A stretch of DNA of 50,294 nt from Octopus sinensis. Taxonomy: Eukaryota. Location of the stretch: NCBI RefSeq assembly GCF_006345805.1, contig NW_021834259.1:1-50294 (forward strand), given 5' to 3'. The notes beneath the pieces were generated by a model, which was given only the letters and a program-made list of their open reading frames with translations, searched no databases and had not been told where the DNA came from. The translations under genes were made by a program, and so were the position numbers. This document shows, in pieces, positions 11,677 to 28,476 of this stretch; the first letter of the stretch is position 1; every line of letters starts with the position of its first letter.

Positions 11677-12285
11677 TACGAGGTGGTAACAAAACGTTCC
11701 CGGACTAGTTCTGTAGCTCACCAACAGATGGCAGCCCACGGTTGCGTACGCAGTGAAAGCTATCAGTGACCTTCATGAGGCAGTGTGCCGAGTGACTTCG
11801 TAAATTGTAAAATTTGTGCTTTTGTGATCACGTGTATGCTGAAGTCTGCGATTTTATCATGGACAGGAACAAAAAAAAAAAAAAACAACGTAAAATTTTG
11901 GGTTAAACTTGGGAAATCTGCTACAGAGACAGGGAGCATGCTTCGGCAAGCTTACGGTGACGATACAATGGCTCGCACGCAATGTTTCGAACGGCATGGG
12001 AGCTTCAAAACGGAAGAGCGTCTTTGGAAGACCTGCCACGAGCGTCACCCTCAAATATGTGGTATTCTGCATCGAGAGTTCGTTCCCCCGGGGCCAGACC
12101 GTCAATAGAGAGTTTTATTGCGACATTTTGAAGGAGGACATTCGGGGAAAGCAACCAGATCTGTGGAGCGCGAAAAATTGAATTCTTCACCGAGCTCTCC
12201 TCACTCGTCAGTTTCTCGCCAAAAACAACATGGTATCACTTCCGCCCTATTCACCAGATTTAGCACCTGCGGACTCTCAAGCAAA
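11677..12285 (+). mobile_element. Internally deleted mariner transposon
   Basis: TA+cgaggtggtaacaaaacgttcccggact TIR; N-terminal HTH NVKFWVKLGKSATETGSMLRQAYGDDTMARTQCF; catalytic region GILHREFVPP.QTVNREFYCDIL, RQFLAKNN, PYSPDLAP. Confidence 0.9.
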
Positions 12286-12300
12286 AGTATGTACCGTCTA

Positions 12301-12700
12301 GAGGTCAGCTGTCCTGCTAATGTGAATATCTCTCTGAAAATCAAAGAGAAAAAAAGATAAAACTATGGACAACTGAGTCGAAACGTCCAGCTTCTATATC
12401 AAGATTATAAATTTTCATTGCTACCAATAATAATAATTGGTGCACTTGGCTTTGTAAGTAAATGCCTAACTATCAGTCTGGATAGGCTTGGATTTTCAAA
12501 GAAAGAAATCAACCAACTGACTCACAAATTACAAATACCATTTGTAAGTGGAACAGTAATATTATGCAAGACTTTCCTGAGGTTTAAAATATGACATTGT
12601 TTTACGTTGTCTACATTCCAATGGTGGAGCTTTGTATCTTTGTCAGAAACCAGCCACTTCTTCAGAGGAAGAATTTAAGTGATTAAATAGAGACGAGAAA
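12301..12700 (+). mobile_element. C-terminal fragment of a second RLE-type non-LTR retrotransposon family
   Basis: EVSCPANVNISLKIKEK /frameshift/ YGQLSRNVQLLYQDYKFSLLPIIIIGALGFVSKCL...GTVILCKTFLRFKI* (stop ends 12594), short 3' UTR, then (CATA)n. Confidence 0.7.
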
Positions 12701-12822
12701 CACATACATACATACATACATACATACATACATACATACATACATACATACATTCATACATACATACATACATACATACATACATACATACATTAATGTT
12801 TGTTTATATGTCAAATTATATG

Positions 12823-13027
12823 TGGTTTCAAATTTTGGGACAAGGGCAGTAAGTTTAGAGGTGAAGGGTCAGTCGATTACATCGACCCCAGTGTTCAGCT
12901 GGTATTTATTATATTAATCAGATGAAATGGAAAGTCGAGATTGGCGGAATTTGAATCCAGAATATCAATGCCGGGAGAAATGTCGCTAAAATTCTTGTCC
13001 GACTTGCTAACGATTCTGCCAGCTTGC
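12823..13027 (-). mobile_element. SINE family B
   Basis: Reverse complement of the family B consensus (gtcgattacatcgacccc, ggcggaatttgaa, acgattctgccagcttgc). Confidence 0.8.
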
Positions 13028-13394
13028 TACTTTCACCTCAAGATATATATACGAAAAAACAATTTAACATTAAACTTAAAAATTACTCAAAAATTACTCA
13101 ATACTTTTGGGGTGAGTACATGTTTATTAAACTTTTGCAATAAACGTGACAGTGACTTCGGAGTAAATACATACATACATACATGTGTGTGTGTGTGTAT
13201 GTATGTAGTTATGTATGTATGTATGTATGTATGTACGTGTGTGTGTGTATACACATATATATCTTCATACTAAAAGCATGCTTAAAGCATGTCCAAAGAC
13301 GTCATGACTCAAGCGATCCAAACACCAGACTGCAACTTTCTTTTCTTCTCCCCTATCTTACTCTTTCGCGCTTTTATTTATCTCCCTTTCTACT

Positions 13395-15575
<2,181 letters not shown>

Positions 15576-16030
15576 ATGGACTCTCCCGCAAGATATGGAG
15601 AACAGGATTAAAGTGGTGCGCGATGTAAGCGCCTTTTCGGGGTCCTTTCCTCATACTGACCCTCGGATTTTCCTGTCGGTCAGCAGGGACAAGAAGAAAT
15701 ACTGTCGAGGGAGATTGTAAGGTCGGCTGCTACGCCAGGGAAGAACGAAGACGATACACATAACACTCATTCAAACACATACACAGCACACACGCACATA
15801 GTTACATATATACACTTTCTTAGACACTCACACATAGATGTATGTATGCACACTGACAAAGACACAAACACAGACATAGAAACAGACAAACATACACGCA
15901 CACACCGTCATCTGCAATCTCCTTCCTTCCATTCGGGCGAACGAGGAAGGAGGACGCCGTTCTTTCTTGTTTAATATGGCCGGTATAGCAACAGCAACGG
16001 TTCACATAGGATGTAATATCTGTTTCAAAC

Positions 16031-17165
16031 ATGGATTTACGAGTGGATGGTTATAGCTGCGAAGGTGGCCCACCGCCGCCTGAACCGCGTTCTAGGAAAA
16101 TGTCTCTGTCACCTTGGGATATGGGTGGTATTAGCAGTGGTATTGGAATGGGTTTCGGTTTGTATCGGCCCCGTCGTCCGAGCTACCTTTATGCAACGCA
16201 AGTCAATCGACAACGGAGCGAGAGCTATCGACATGCTGTACGCAGGGAGAATGCTGATGTCCTTGAACAGACCGATGATTTCATTGACGGAATGCTTCAG
16301 AGAAAGCGTAAAGAAAGCTATATGAAAGCAACCCGAAAAATTGAGGATGTCGAATTAGAATCGTTCCAAAATAGATTGACGGCGCCCGAATTGGCACTAA
16401 AGCCGGGCGAAGTGCAGAGAAATAGCAGTTTGGTAAGTAACAGTACAAAGAAGGAGAGGCGGAAACCCAAGCGTGACACACGCAATTCTCACGTCGTGTT
16501 TCAGGAACCCGAGGAGAGTGCTTGTCCAAGTGAAGACGGAACTATTGCACCATTTGTTGTGTTCACTTTTAAAAAGAACCTCGTGCTGATTTGTATCAGC
16601 TTCATTTTAACTTTCTCGGCATTTTGCGCGATTCAAAACCTGCAGTCTTCCATCAATTCCGAAGGATACCTGGGTATAATTTGCATGAGCTGTGTGCATG
16701 GCATGATGTTGGTCACCTGTCTGGCAGCCCCATCCATTATCAATAAACTAACTGCCAAGTGGGCCCTCGCCCTGGGGATGTTCTGTGACATTGTATGGGT
16801 GGGAGCAAACTTTCATCCACTTTTCTACACACTCATCCCCAGTGCCTTGCTGGCCGGGTTCGGACAGGGTATTTTGTGGCGCGCTGAGGTTTCCTATATC
16901 CTCAAATTGGCTTTCGATTCCGCCCGCGTACGGAAGGACATTCTTGAATACGAGATCTTCCGGTTTCATGGAATTTTCTTAGCTTGTTTCCAAACCACAC
17001 ACATCTGGGGCAACTTGATTTCCTCATTAATTCTCAGTACCTCCTCCAAAAAATCACCAACTCTTAAAATAGATGATGTTCAGACTAATCAATGTGGTGT
17101 TCTGGATTCATGTTCCCATGATAACGTCCTTTACGGGAAACATTTGTTACAATCCAACAAAGACG
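16031..17165 (+). CDS. UNC93A-like: First coding exon of an UNC-93-like major facilitator superfamily membrane protein (378 codons + 1 nt; gene incomplete in window)
   Basis: After a ~180-aa polar N-terminus the ORF matches the UNC-93 N-terminal half: KKNLVLICISFILTFSAFCAIQNLQSSINSEGYLG, APSIINKLTAKW, FYTLIPSALLAGFGQGILW, FHGIFLACFQTTHIWGNLISSLIL. Complex sequence stops at a CG|GTAAGT donor. Exact orthology not established. Confidence 0.9.
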
Positions 17166-17171
17166 GTAAGT
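17164..17171 (+). other. 5' splice donor (phase 1)
   Basis: ...aaagacg|gtaagt; GT at 17166-17167, followed by AT-rich and microsatellite DNA. Confidence 0.85.
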
Positions 17172-17179
17172 ACTTGCAC

Positions 17180-18675
<1,496 letters not shown>

Positions 18676-18919
18676 TGTGACAGTCTGTTCTTGAGAGAAC
18701 TGAGTCTACGAGCATCTTTCGTTTCCCGGTAGAAACCACTTCCACTTCCGCCCGCCCGCCCGCCTGCCCGCCCCGTAAATGGCCTCCTTAGGATATGCAT
18801 GAGTGACACAGCGCATCATAGTTACTTTTGCCACAAAACCCGTCATCCCTAACTTTCCGCTAATATATGTATTATTATTATTATTATTATTATTAATATT
18901 ATTATTATTATTATTGTTA

Positions 18920-18969
<50 letters not shown>

Positions 18970-18999
18970 GGGGGGGGGAGGGTTATTGATATCTTACAT

Positions 19000-19447
19000 T
19001 GGTACAAGGCCATATACTTGCAAGGGAGAACACTCAGTTGAGTCGATTAACTTGATTGATACCAGAGTATGATTGGTATCTACCCTCCCCTCCGGAGGGG
19101 ACGGAATAAATAGCAAATACTGGTTTATATCGACTTCGTTGGAGAATGCGAACTTGCGAACTCGGAAAATCTAGGGACGAAACTAAAAAAAAAAAAAAAG
19201 AAAAAAGAAAAAAAGAAAACATGTCAGAATATTAGTGTGGCGTTGTACTTTTTTTCGCTATTCCGCCATATTCGAAACGGCTGTTGTTTTTATTGTCACC
19301 CTTACCTCCTTATTTTCTGAGTTCAAACCCCGCTGAAGTTGACCTTGCCCTTCATCCGTTCGAGCTCAGAAAATAAAATTATAATAATTCAACTACTGGG
19401 CTGTATCTAAGAAACTGTTCCTTTCCATCAAATTTTCTAGTGTCATG

Positions 19448-19511
<64 letters not shown>

Positions 19512-19772
19512 CATCATCATCATTATCATCATCATCATCATCATTATAATTATTACTGAAGGCAGTGAGCTGGCAGAATCGTTAGCACACAGGGTAAAAT
19601 GCTTAGCGGTATTTCGTCCATCTTTACGTTCTGATTTCAAATCACGCCGAGGCCGACTTTGCCTTACATACTTTCGGAGTCGATAAATTAAGTACCAGTG
19701 AAACACTGGGATCACTGTAATCCACTAGTCCCTTCCCTCAAATTTTCAGGCGTTGTGCCTTTAGTAGAAAGA

Positions 19773-19832
<60 letters not shown>

Positions 19833-21663
19833 CATGGGTTGTTCGTCACTAGAATTCGGGGACCCTGGTATCCATTCCGACATAGAACCATTCCATAAAT
19901 ACGAACTTGCTCACTTAACGTTAACGCATTTCGGAAACAACAGATGACGCCACAGCCACTAATTTCTCACTGGGAGGGAAAAAATGTCACGTTTTGATGA
20001 CCATTTAAGAGACTAAGAGAAAGAAGATAGACGCTTTTAAAGAACACTCACACACACACACGCACACACACACACAGGCACGCACGCACACACTCACACA
20101 CACACACACACACACAAACATACACAAACATACAGACACATACACACATTCACACACATTGAATAAAGAAAATTAAATAAAATGATAACAATAGTTTTGA
20201 AGTGTCTTCTTTGTATAACGTTTCTAACCCATCCCTCTCGTTTTCATATATTTGTTTTGTTCAACCTATTAAACGTTTCTTTTTTTCCTTTTTTGTAATT
20301 CTCCTCCCGAGTTTTAACGTTTCATATTCTTGTGTATCGATGAAATCCGATTGTAATAGCTCTGCGTGACGAAATAGATGAATTTAATCTAATTTGGCAT
20401 AATCGCTTGAGTGTCGAACAAAATGCATTACTGTATTTGTTCCGGCTCTTTACGCACTGAACTGAAATCCTGCCAAGGTCAACTGTGATCTTTCATCACG
20501 CCGATGCTGATTAAAATACAGTACCAGTCATATACTAGGGTTTATTTAATCAGCTAAAATCCCTTCCCAAATTTTCAGGCTTTGTGTCTGTTAGATGAAA
20601 AAAAAAAAAAAAAACGTCAGGATGATGGTTTGGCAGAATAGTTAGGGCGTCAGACAAATTGGTTCTTTGCAGTATTAGCTCTCTAGTTCTGGGCTCAAAT
20701 CCCGTTGAAGTCAACTATATCTTTTATCCTTTCGAGGTCGATGAAAAAAAAAAAGAGTACTGTTCAAGAACTGGAATCGTTGGTATCGACTAAAACTTGC
20801 CCTAAAAATTGCTGTTTTGTGCCTAAAGGAGAAACCATTATTATTGTCATTAAGGTGTGGAACTGATAAGATCGTTAGCACGTCGGACAAAATGCTATGG
20901 GGCATTTAGTCCGTCTTTACGTTCTGATTTCAAATTCCGCTGAGGTCGTCTATGCCTTTCATCCTTTCACGAATCGATAAAATAAGTACCAGTTGTAACA
21001 CTGGAGTCGATGTAATCGACTTGTGCCCATCCCCACTTGTTGGCCTTATGCTAAAATTTGAATTGTTGTTAAGGCGTCGAGTTGGCAGAATCATTAGCAC
21101 GTTGGACAAAATGCTAGGGGCATTTTTTTTTTACCGTTCTTTACGTTCTGAGTTCAAATTTTGCCGAGGTAACTTTACTTTTTATCCATTCAGTGTCGTA
21201 AATCGATAAAATAAGTACCAGTTGAATACTGAGGTCAATTTAATCGACTTACCCCCTCCCGAAATTGCTGGCCTTGTGCCAAAATTTGAAACCATTATTA
21301 TTATCATTGTTGTTGTTCTTTGTTATTGTTTTTGTTTTTTTTATATTGTAAGAATATTAATAGGAGGCAAGTTCTTAGAATTGGTAGAATGGAGTCGGAT
21401 TAGATGTCATGTAGTCTCCATTTATGTCCCTTTTATTACGTTCCGAGTTCAAATCTCGGCTACGTGAGTTTACTTCACTTCCTTTCCTTCCGGTGTGATG
21501 GATAAAATAAGTAACCATACCATATCATGTCATACCATTACCAGACTATGTACCAGTTATATATTGTGGCCAAGTCAATCGATTAGAGCAGCTTCCGCAA
21601 ACACACACACACACACACACTCCCTTGCAAATGTCTAGCATTGTGCCAATGTACGAAATGAAT

Positions 21664-21702
<39 letters not shown>

Positions 21703-21943
21703 TGGCGCTTTTAACAAATAAAGTGAATATTTATATATTTTATTTATATTTCATTTATTTATCTATTTATAAGCGTGATGGCGTTGATAGAAGAAAGGGT
21801 GAAGTGTCGTAAGGAATGATTTACGGCATTTAGTCAACAGTCAACGCCCTCTATGTTCTTAGTTCAAATACAGCAGGCTGAGGTCGAGACTCTGCCTCTC
21901 AAGCACTTCAAATCGGGAATCACATACACACATACATACATAC

Positions 21944-21988
<45 letters not shown>

Positions 21989-22008
21989 TATATACATACA
22001 TATATATA

Positions 22009-22041
<33 letters not shown>

Positions 22042-22095
22042 CATACATACATATATACGTACATATATTCATATATGCGTTATACATGTATATAT

Positions 22096-22142
<47 letters not shown>

Positions 22143-22416
22143 ATATATGAATCTAAGTGTGCGAGTGTGCTTGTGAAGCATCCGTGTGTGTGTGTGTACG
22201 TGTGTGTGTACGTGTGTGTGTGAACCAGACATGTAACAGAATACCATATAGTCGTTCCTCTTATGAATTATGTAGCATTGAGCTTAAACTGTTACAAAAG
22301 CAAAAATGAAAAAAAAAACAGGATCACAGTCGCACGGTCGTCATCATTCTCATTACTATGTTGATAATTATTCCTATGGAATCACTATCACAATTATCAT
22401 CGTTGTTATCATCACC

Positions 22417-22465
<49 letters not shown>

Positions 22466-22627
22466 TATTATTATTATCATTATTATTATTATTACTCCGC
22501 CGAGGTCGACTTTGCATTTTTCCTTTTCGGAGTCGATAAATTAAGTACCCGTGAAACACTGGGGTCGATATAATCGACTCATCCCCTTCCCTAAAATGGC
22601 TGCCCTTGTGGCAAAATTTGAAACCAT
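19000..22627 (+). mobile_element. Cluster of about 9-10 SINE family B copies, nearly all on +
   Basis: Copies or fragments starting near 19300, 19561, 20385, 20621, 20853, 21072, 21362, 21777, 22496; one minus fragment near 19000-19100. Confidence 0.8.
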
Positions 22628-23080
22628 TATTATTATTTTTATTATTATTATTATTAATATTATTATATTATTATTATTATTATTATCATCATATTCATCA
22701 GCATCATTATCATCATCATCATCATTGTTATTGCTATCATCACAATTATTATCCTTAACATTATTGTTATTATCATTTCTTCTTCTTCTTCTTCTTCTTC
22801 TTCTTCTTCTTCTTCTTCTTCTTCTTCTTCTTCTTCTTCTTCTTCTTCTTCTTCTTCTTCTTCTCTTCTTCTTCTTCTTCTTCTTCTTCTTCTTCTTCTT
22901 CTTCTTTCTTCTATTTTTCTTGTCTTTTATTTATTTATTTATTTATTTATTGCTTTCCTCTCATCATGGAGGAATAACCACGTGACAGCTTTCCTGACGC
23001 AACTAGAAAAGTGAGGTATCTTGTTTTTCAGGAGAGTCGCTGAATATCAATTTCGGGAGTGATTTGTGATGTGATGTGAG

Positions 23081-23133
<53 letters not shown>

Positions 23134-23284
23134 TGTCTGTCTGTCTGTCTTTCTGTACGCGCGTGCATGTGTGTGCGTGTGATATCTCTTGTTTTACTTA
23201 TCTCCAAAAAAGGTTTCGCACATTTATGTATAAATCTCACCACACGTTGTAGCATCATCATCTTGTATCTTTACATTCCACTTT

Positions 23285-23619
23285 ACGGAAGCGATAGCAG
23301 ACACTCACAAACATACATACATACATACATACATACATACATACATACATACATACATACATACATACATACATACATACGTACGTACATACATACATAC
23401 AAGCATACATACATACATACATACGTACATACATACATACACGCATATACACACACATGTAGATAGCACATATATACAGAGATATATGTGCGTGAATTAT
23501 GTATGTATACGTATATGTGGCTCTGTATGGATGCGTTTGTATGTGTGTGTATGTATGTGTGTGTATATATATATATATATATGTGTGTATATATATGTAT
23601 ATATATATTATATATATAT

Positions 23620-23671
<52 letters not shown>

Positions 23672-23987
23672 CCTGTGTTTGTCTGCGCGTGTGTCTGTAT
23701 ACGATCGAGTGTGAGTGAGTGAGTGAGTGAGTGAGCGAGTGAATGACTGAGTGAGTGATGATACTTTGCAAATCGAGAGCTAGCCAGTTGAAAGTATGGT
23801 GTAATAGCAATAATAACGATACTAATAGAGATTGTAGCGGTAGAGAGAGAAACCTCCCACCAAACGTGATAGTCTATTACAAAGTGCAGCAGCCGAATTT
23901 CAGGCTACTGCAAACGGTGGGATTTAAAGGATTCCTAATAGGAATTCAATGCGTGTTTGTCTGTCTTATTCGTCCGCTTATGCTGCA

Positions 23988-24053
<66 letters not shown>

Positions 24054-24107
24054 ATGTGTTATTTGTGTGTGTGTGCGCGCGTGTATTATGTACATATATA
24101 TATATAT

Positions 24108-24139
<32 letters not shown>

Positions 24140-24231
24140 GTATGTATATATGTATATATACGTACGTATGTGTATTATACATATATATGCATGTATATAT
24201 ATATATACATACATACATACATATATACATA

Positions 24232-24265
<34 letters not shown>

Positions 24266-24455
24266 CATGTATACATATGTATGTATATGTGTATACATGT
24301 ATATGTACGTGTGTACATATATACATGCATATGTACTTACATACTTTTACACACGCAAATATATAAATACATAAAACTTAATCTCGCCGCCATTTGTATG
24401 TATGTATTTGTCTAAGAATAAATGTATTTGCATATTACGTATTTATGCAATATAT

Positions 24456-24495
<40 letters not shown>

Positions 24496-24800
24496 CTGGC
24501 TCATGTGCACACACGCACTTATACACACATACACGCACACACACGCATACAAGGAAATGTCGACATACATACATACTTACGTACGTGCATTTATGTGTGT
24601 GCATATATATATATATGTGTGTTCGTTTCTGTTCATGTTATATATATGTGTGTGTGTGTGTGTATGTACATGTATATGTATATATTTGTCTACATGCATA
24701 TGTATATGTATATATAGGTACATGTATATGTATGTATGTGTGTGTGTATGTGTGTGTTATACACATGCATATGTATGCCTCTATGTAACACTCACACATA
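23285..24800. repeat. (CATA)n, (TA)n, (TATC)n, (TG)n, (GTGA)n compound microsatellites
   Basis: Read directly. Confidence 0.95.
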
Positions 24801-27194
24801 CGGGAACAGAAAAAAAATCATTATTTCTAAAATACTGTGCATTCAAGTAATTTCTGCAGTATTCAGATGTTTATAACGTTTCCTCTTCCAATAACAGCGC
24901 TATCAGACAGTCTCTACATCCACCAGACGTATTTTACTTCTACCAGACATACTCTGTATCTACTAGACATATTTATATTTAGTACACATACTCTATATCT
25001 GCCAGACTTATTGCACACATATAGTACACTTATTCTATTTCTTGTACACATATTCGACATCTATAAGACGTATTTTACATACACTATATCTACGGGACGT
25101 AGTTTACATACACTACACCTACCATATGTATTTTATATCTACCAAACACGCTTTACACCCTCTAGACATATTCTACATGTACCAGACATACTGTAAGTCT
25201 GTCTGACATACCCTGTATTTACCAAAAATATTCTACATTTACAAGACATAGTTAAATCTACAAGGCATACTGTACGTCAAACAGACATACTCTGTATCTC
25301 CCGGCATACTTCACATCTTGTAGATATATGCTGCGTCTGCTAGACATACTTTATTTACCAGACATACTTTACATGTACCAGATATACTGTACATATAACG
25401 GACCTGATCTACATCGGCCAGGCGTTATAGATCAGGTCTACTGAATCTGCGTCTACTAAACATAGTCTACGTCTACCAGCCATATTCCACATTTACGATA
25501 TTTATTTATACATTTTTCTATGCTTACTCTACATCTACAAGGCAAATTATGCATCTACCAGATATAGTCTACAACTACAAGGTATACTGTACATCTATGG
25601 GAGATATTCCTTATCTACCATCATCTACTATATATATATTCTTCATTTACTACATTTATTGTATATTTTCTCATACATACTTTGCATCTACAAGACACAC
25701 TGTATTTTGAAGACATGCACTACATCTGCCAGATATGCTCTGCATTTACAAAACACCAAACACACAGCGTCTACCAAACACACAGCATCTTTAATAGATA
25801 CTCTCAACTACAAAGAGTCCTAATTTACATCTACCACAGACACCCTACATCTACTAGACATATTCTACACCTAACAATCGCACACCAAGCCTACAAGACA
25901 TTCTTACCTCAAAAAGTAATGATCTACATCTACAAGACACACTCTACATCAACGACACCTACACTGTATCAACTAGACATATTCTTACAACTAAAACTCA
26001 TGGTTCAAATCTACCAGGCGTTCCCTTCGTGTAACTGAAACAATTTACATCTGCCTGTCACACTGTACGTAGACCAAGTGTATTCTACAACTATCAACCT
26101 ATCAGACACTCTCTGTAACTAACTGTTACACTCCATGACATTATACTTATCAGTAGCATTCTACGTTTATCGGACACACACTACAGCGACCAACCATAAT
26201 CTACATCTGTTAGTTATGCTCCACGTCTACTAGACACACTCTACATCCAGCTTACATTTGCTATATCTAACAGTTACACTTTACATCTAACATTCACACT
26301 CTACATATACAAGGAGTACTCTACATCTATATCTTGCTCCCCGCCTCATCCAGATACTTACAATATTTATGTAAACCTGACAATTTCAGCCTCTAAGTCA
26401 TACTCTGCACATTCCAGACACACTCCACTCCAAACAACAGTCATACAAACATATCAGACATACTCAACATTTATCAACCGCACTCCAAATCTATCAAGCA
26501 CTCTTGACACATAATGGTTTCACTCCAGTGCGAAAGCCACGCCGACCAACTACTAGCGGATACTATCTGCATCCAACAAACACACTGTACATCTACCATA
26601 CACTGTCTGCATCTAACGCTAATCAATTACTAGTCAAACTCTACATCTAACAGTCAAACTCTACATATACCAGTTGCACTCGATATCTACATAAAATAAG
26701 CTACAGCTATCAGTTACGCTCTATAACAACCATACATCTCCTAATATCTATGAGTCATGCTTCACACCTACCGAAGACTCCCAATAGGTAACATTCTACC
26801 AGATATACTTGATCAGTCATATTTCAAATTCACCGTGCTCTCCGTACATTTATGAGTCATATTCTATGTCTACGAGACACTCTTTACATCTACCAATGGC
26901 ATTCTACATATACAAGGTATATTTTACATCTGCAAACTATATTACACATCTACCATACACTCTCTGTATTTGTCGGACAGATATTATATGTATGAGATAT
27001 ATTCTCTACATCCAGAAGTTCTAAAAGGTCCTACATCTACCAGACGCTATCTGCATCACACTCTATATCAACCAGACACTATTTGTATCGAACATATATT
27101 CTACGTCCATCAGACACTATCTGCGTTTAACAAAGATACTCTACATCTACCGATCACACCCCGCGTCAAACAAATACTCTCTACACTGAATTGT

Positions 27195-27572
27195 GGAGGC
27201 GCAATGGCCCAGTGGTTAAGGCATCGGACTCGCGGTCGTAGGATCGCGGTTTCGATTTCCAGACCGGGCGTTGTGAGTGTTTATTGAGCGAAAACACTTA
27301 AAGCTCCACGAAGCTCCGGCAGGGGTGGTGGCGAACCCTACTGTACTCTTTCAACACGACTTTCTCTCACTCTTTTATTCCTGTTTCTGTTGTACCTGTA
27401 TTTCAAAGGGCTAGCCTTGTCGCACCCTGTGTCACGCTGAATTTTCACCGAGAACAACGTTAAGAGCACAGGTGTCTGTGGAGTGCTCAGCCACTTGCAC
27501 GTTAATTTCACGAGCAGGCCGTTCCGTTGATTGGATCAACTAGAATCTCATCGTCGTAACCGACGGAGTGCC
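27195..27572 (+). mobile_element. SINE family C head with tail type 2
   Basis: Head as at 2844; tail tgtacctgtatttcaaagggctagcc...cacgttaatttcacgagcagg...gtcgtaaccgacggagtgcc. Confidence 0.85.
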
Positions 27573-27997
27573 GTAGTACACCGAATGGTCACGCACACTA
27601 TATGTGCTAGATACTCTCGACATCATACAATCAAATTCTACATCTACCAAGAGTAGTGGGCATGTAAAAAATATACTCTACAGCTATCAGAGTCACTCTC
27701 TATGTCGTCCAAACTCTCCCAACATCTGCCAGAACTCCCTACATTCAGTAGTCATAATGTACATTTTACAAAAGCATCCTATATCTACAAGGTATATTTA
27801 AATTAGTCTCACTTCACGTTCACGTAATTCCCTATATATCACAATCATCATACTGCGCATGCACTAGACACACGTCACTTGCCACTCGCCACTCGTCACT
27901 CTCTACTTCTAACAGTCACACTCTACGTCTACCAGTGACATTCTACATTCATAAGGCATATACTACATCTACCAATCACACGAAATATGTATGTGCG

Positions 27998-28322
27998 TTG
28001 TGAAGTTGCGGCTCCGTGATTAGAGCGTCGGGTTTACAATTGTGAGGCGTGTGAGTTCGATTCCGGGACCAGGCTGTGTGTTGTGTTCTTGCGTAAGACA
28101 CTTTATTTTCACGTTGCTGCAATTCACTCAGCTGTAGAAATGAGTTGTTATGTCACTGGAGTCAAACTGTATCGGCACCATCTGTGGTGTTGAGAGGAGA
28201 GATCGGTATGCAAGAACGACCGGTATGCTGCGTCTTCCACAAACAACCTTGACCAGACTTGTGCCTCAGAAGGGAACTTTCTAGGTACAATCCTATGGTT
28301 ATTCGGGACCAAAAGGGGTCTT
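27998..28322 (+). mobile_element. SINE family D (tRNA head, CORE-like block) with tail type 3
   Basis: gtgagttcgattccggg B-box-like; ttgtgttcttgcgtaagacactttatttt...cactcagctg CORE-like; tail cttccacaaacaaccttg...ctttctaggtacaatcc. Confidence 0.6.
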
Positions 28323-28370
<48 letters not shown>

Positions 28371-28386
28371 CATACATACATACTTG

Positions 28387-28476
<90 letters not shown>

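Noticed and set aside
23083-24850. Met/Tyr/Cys-rich ORFs (MYVCMYV...) superficially like reflectins
   Set aside because: Pure (TATG)n/(TA)n/(TG)n translation; no reflectin MDx5MD-type motif.
25682-27801. His/Thr/Tyr-rich ORFs in the minisatellite
   Set aside because: By-products of a 20-bp (non-triplet) repeat with frequent stops in all frames.
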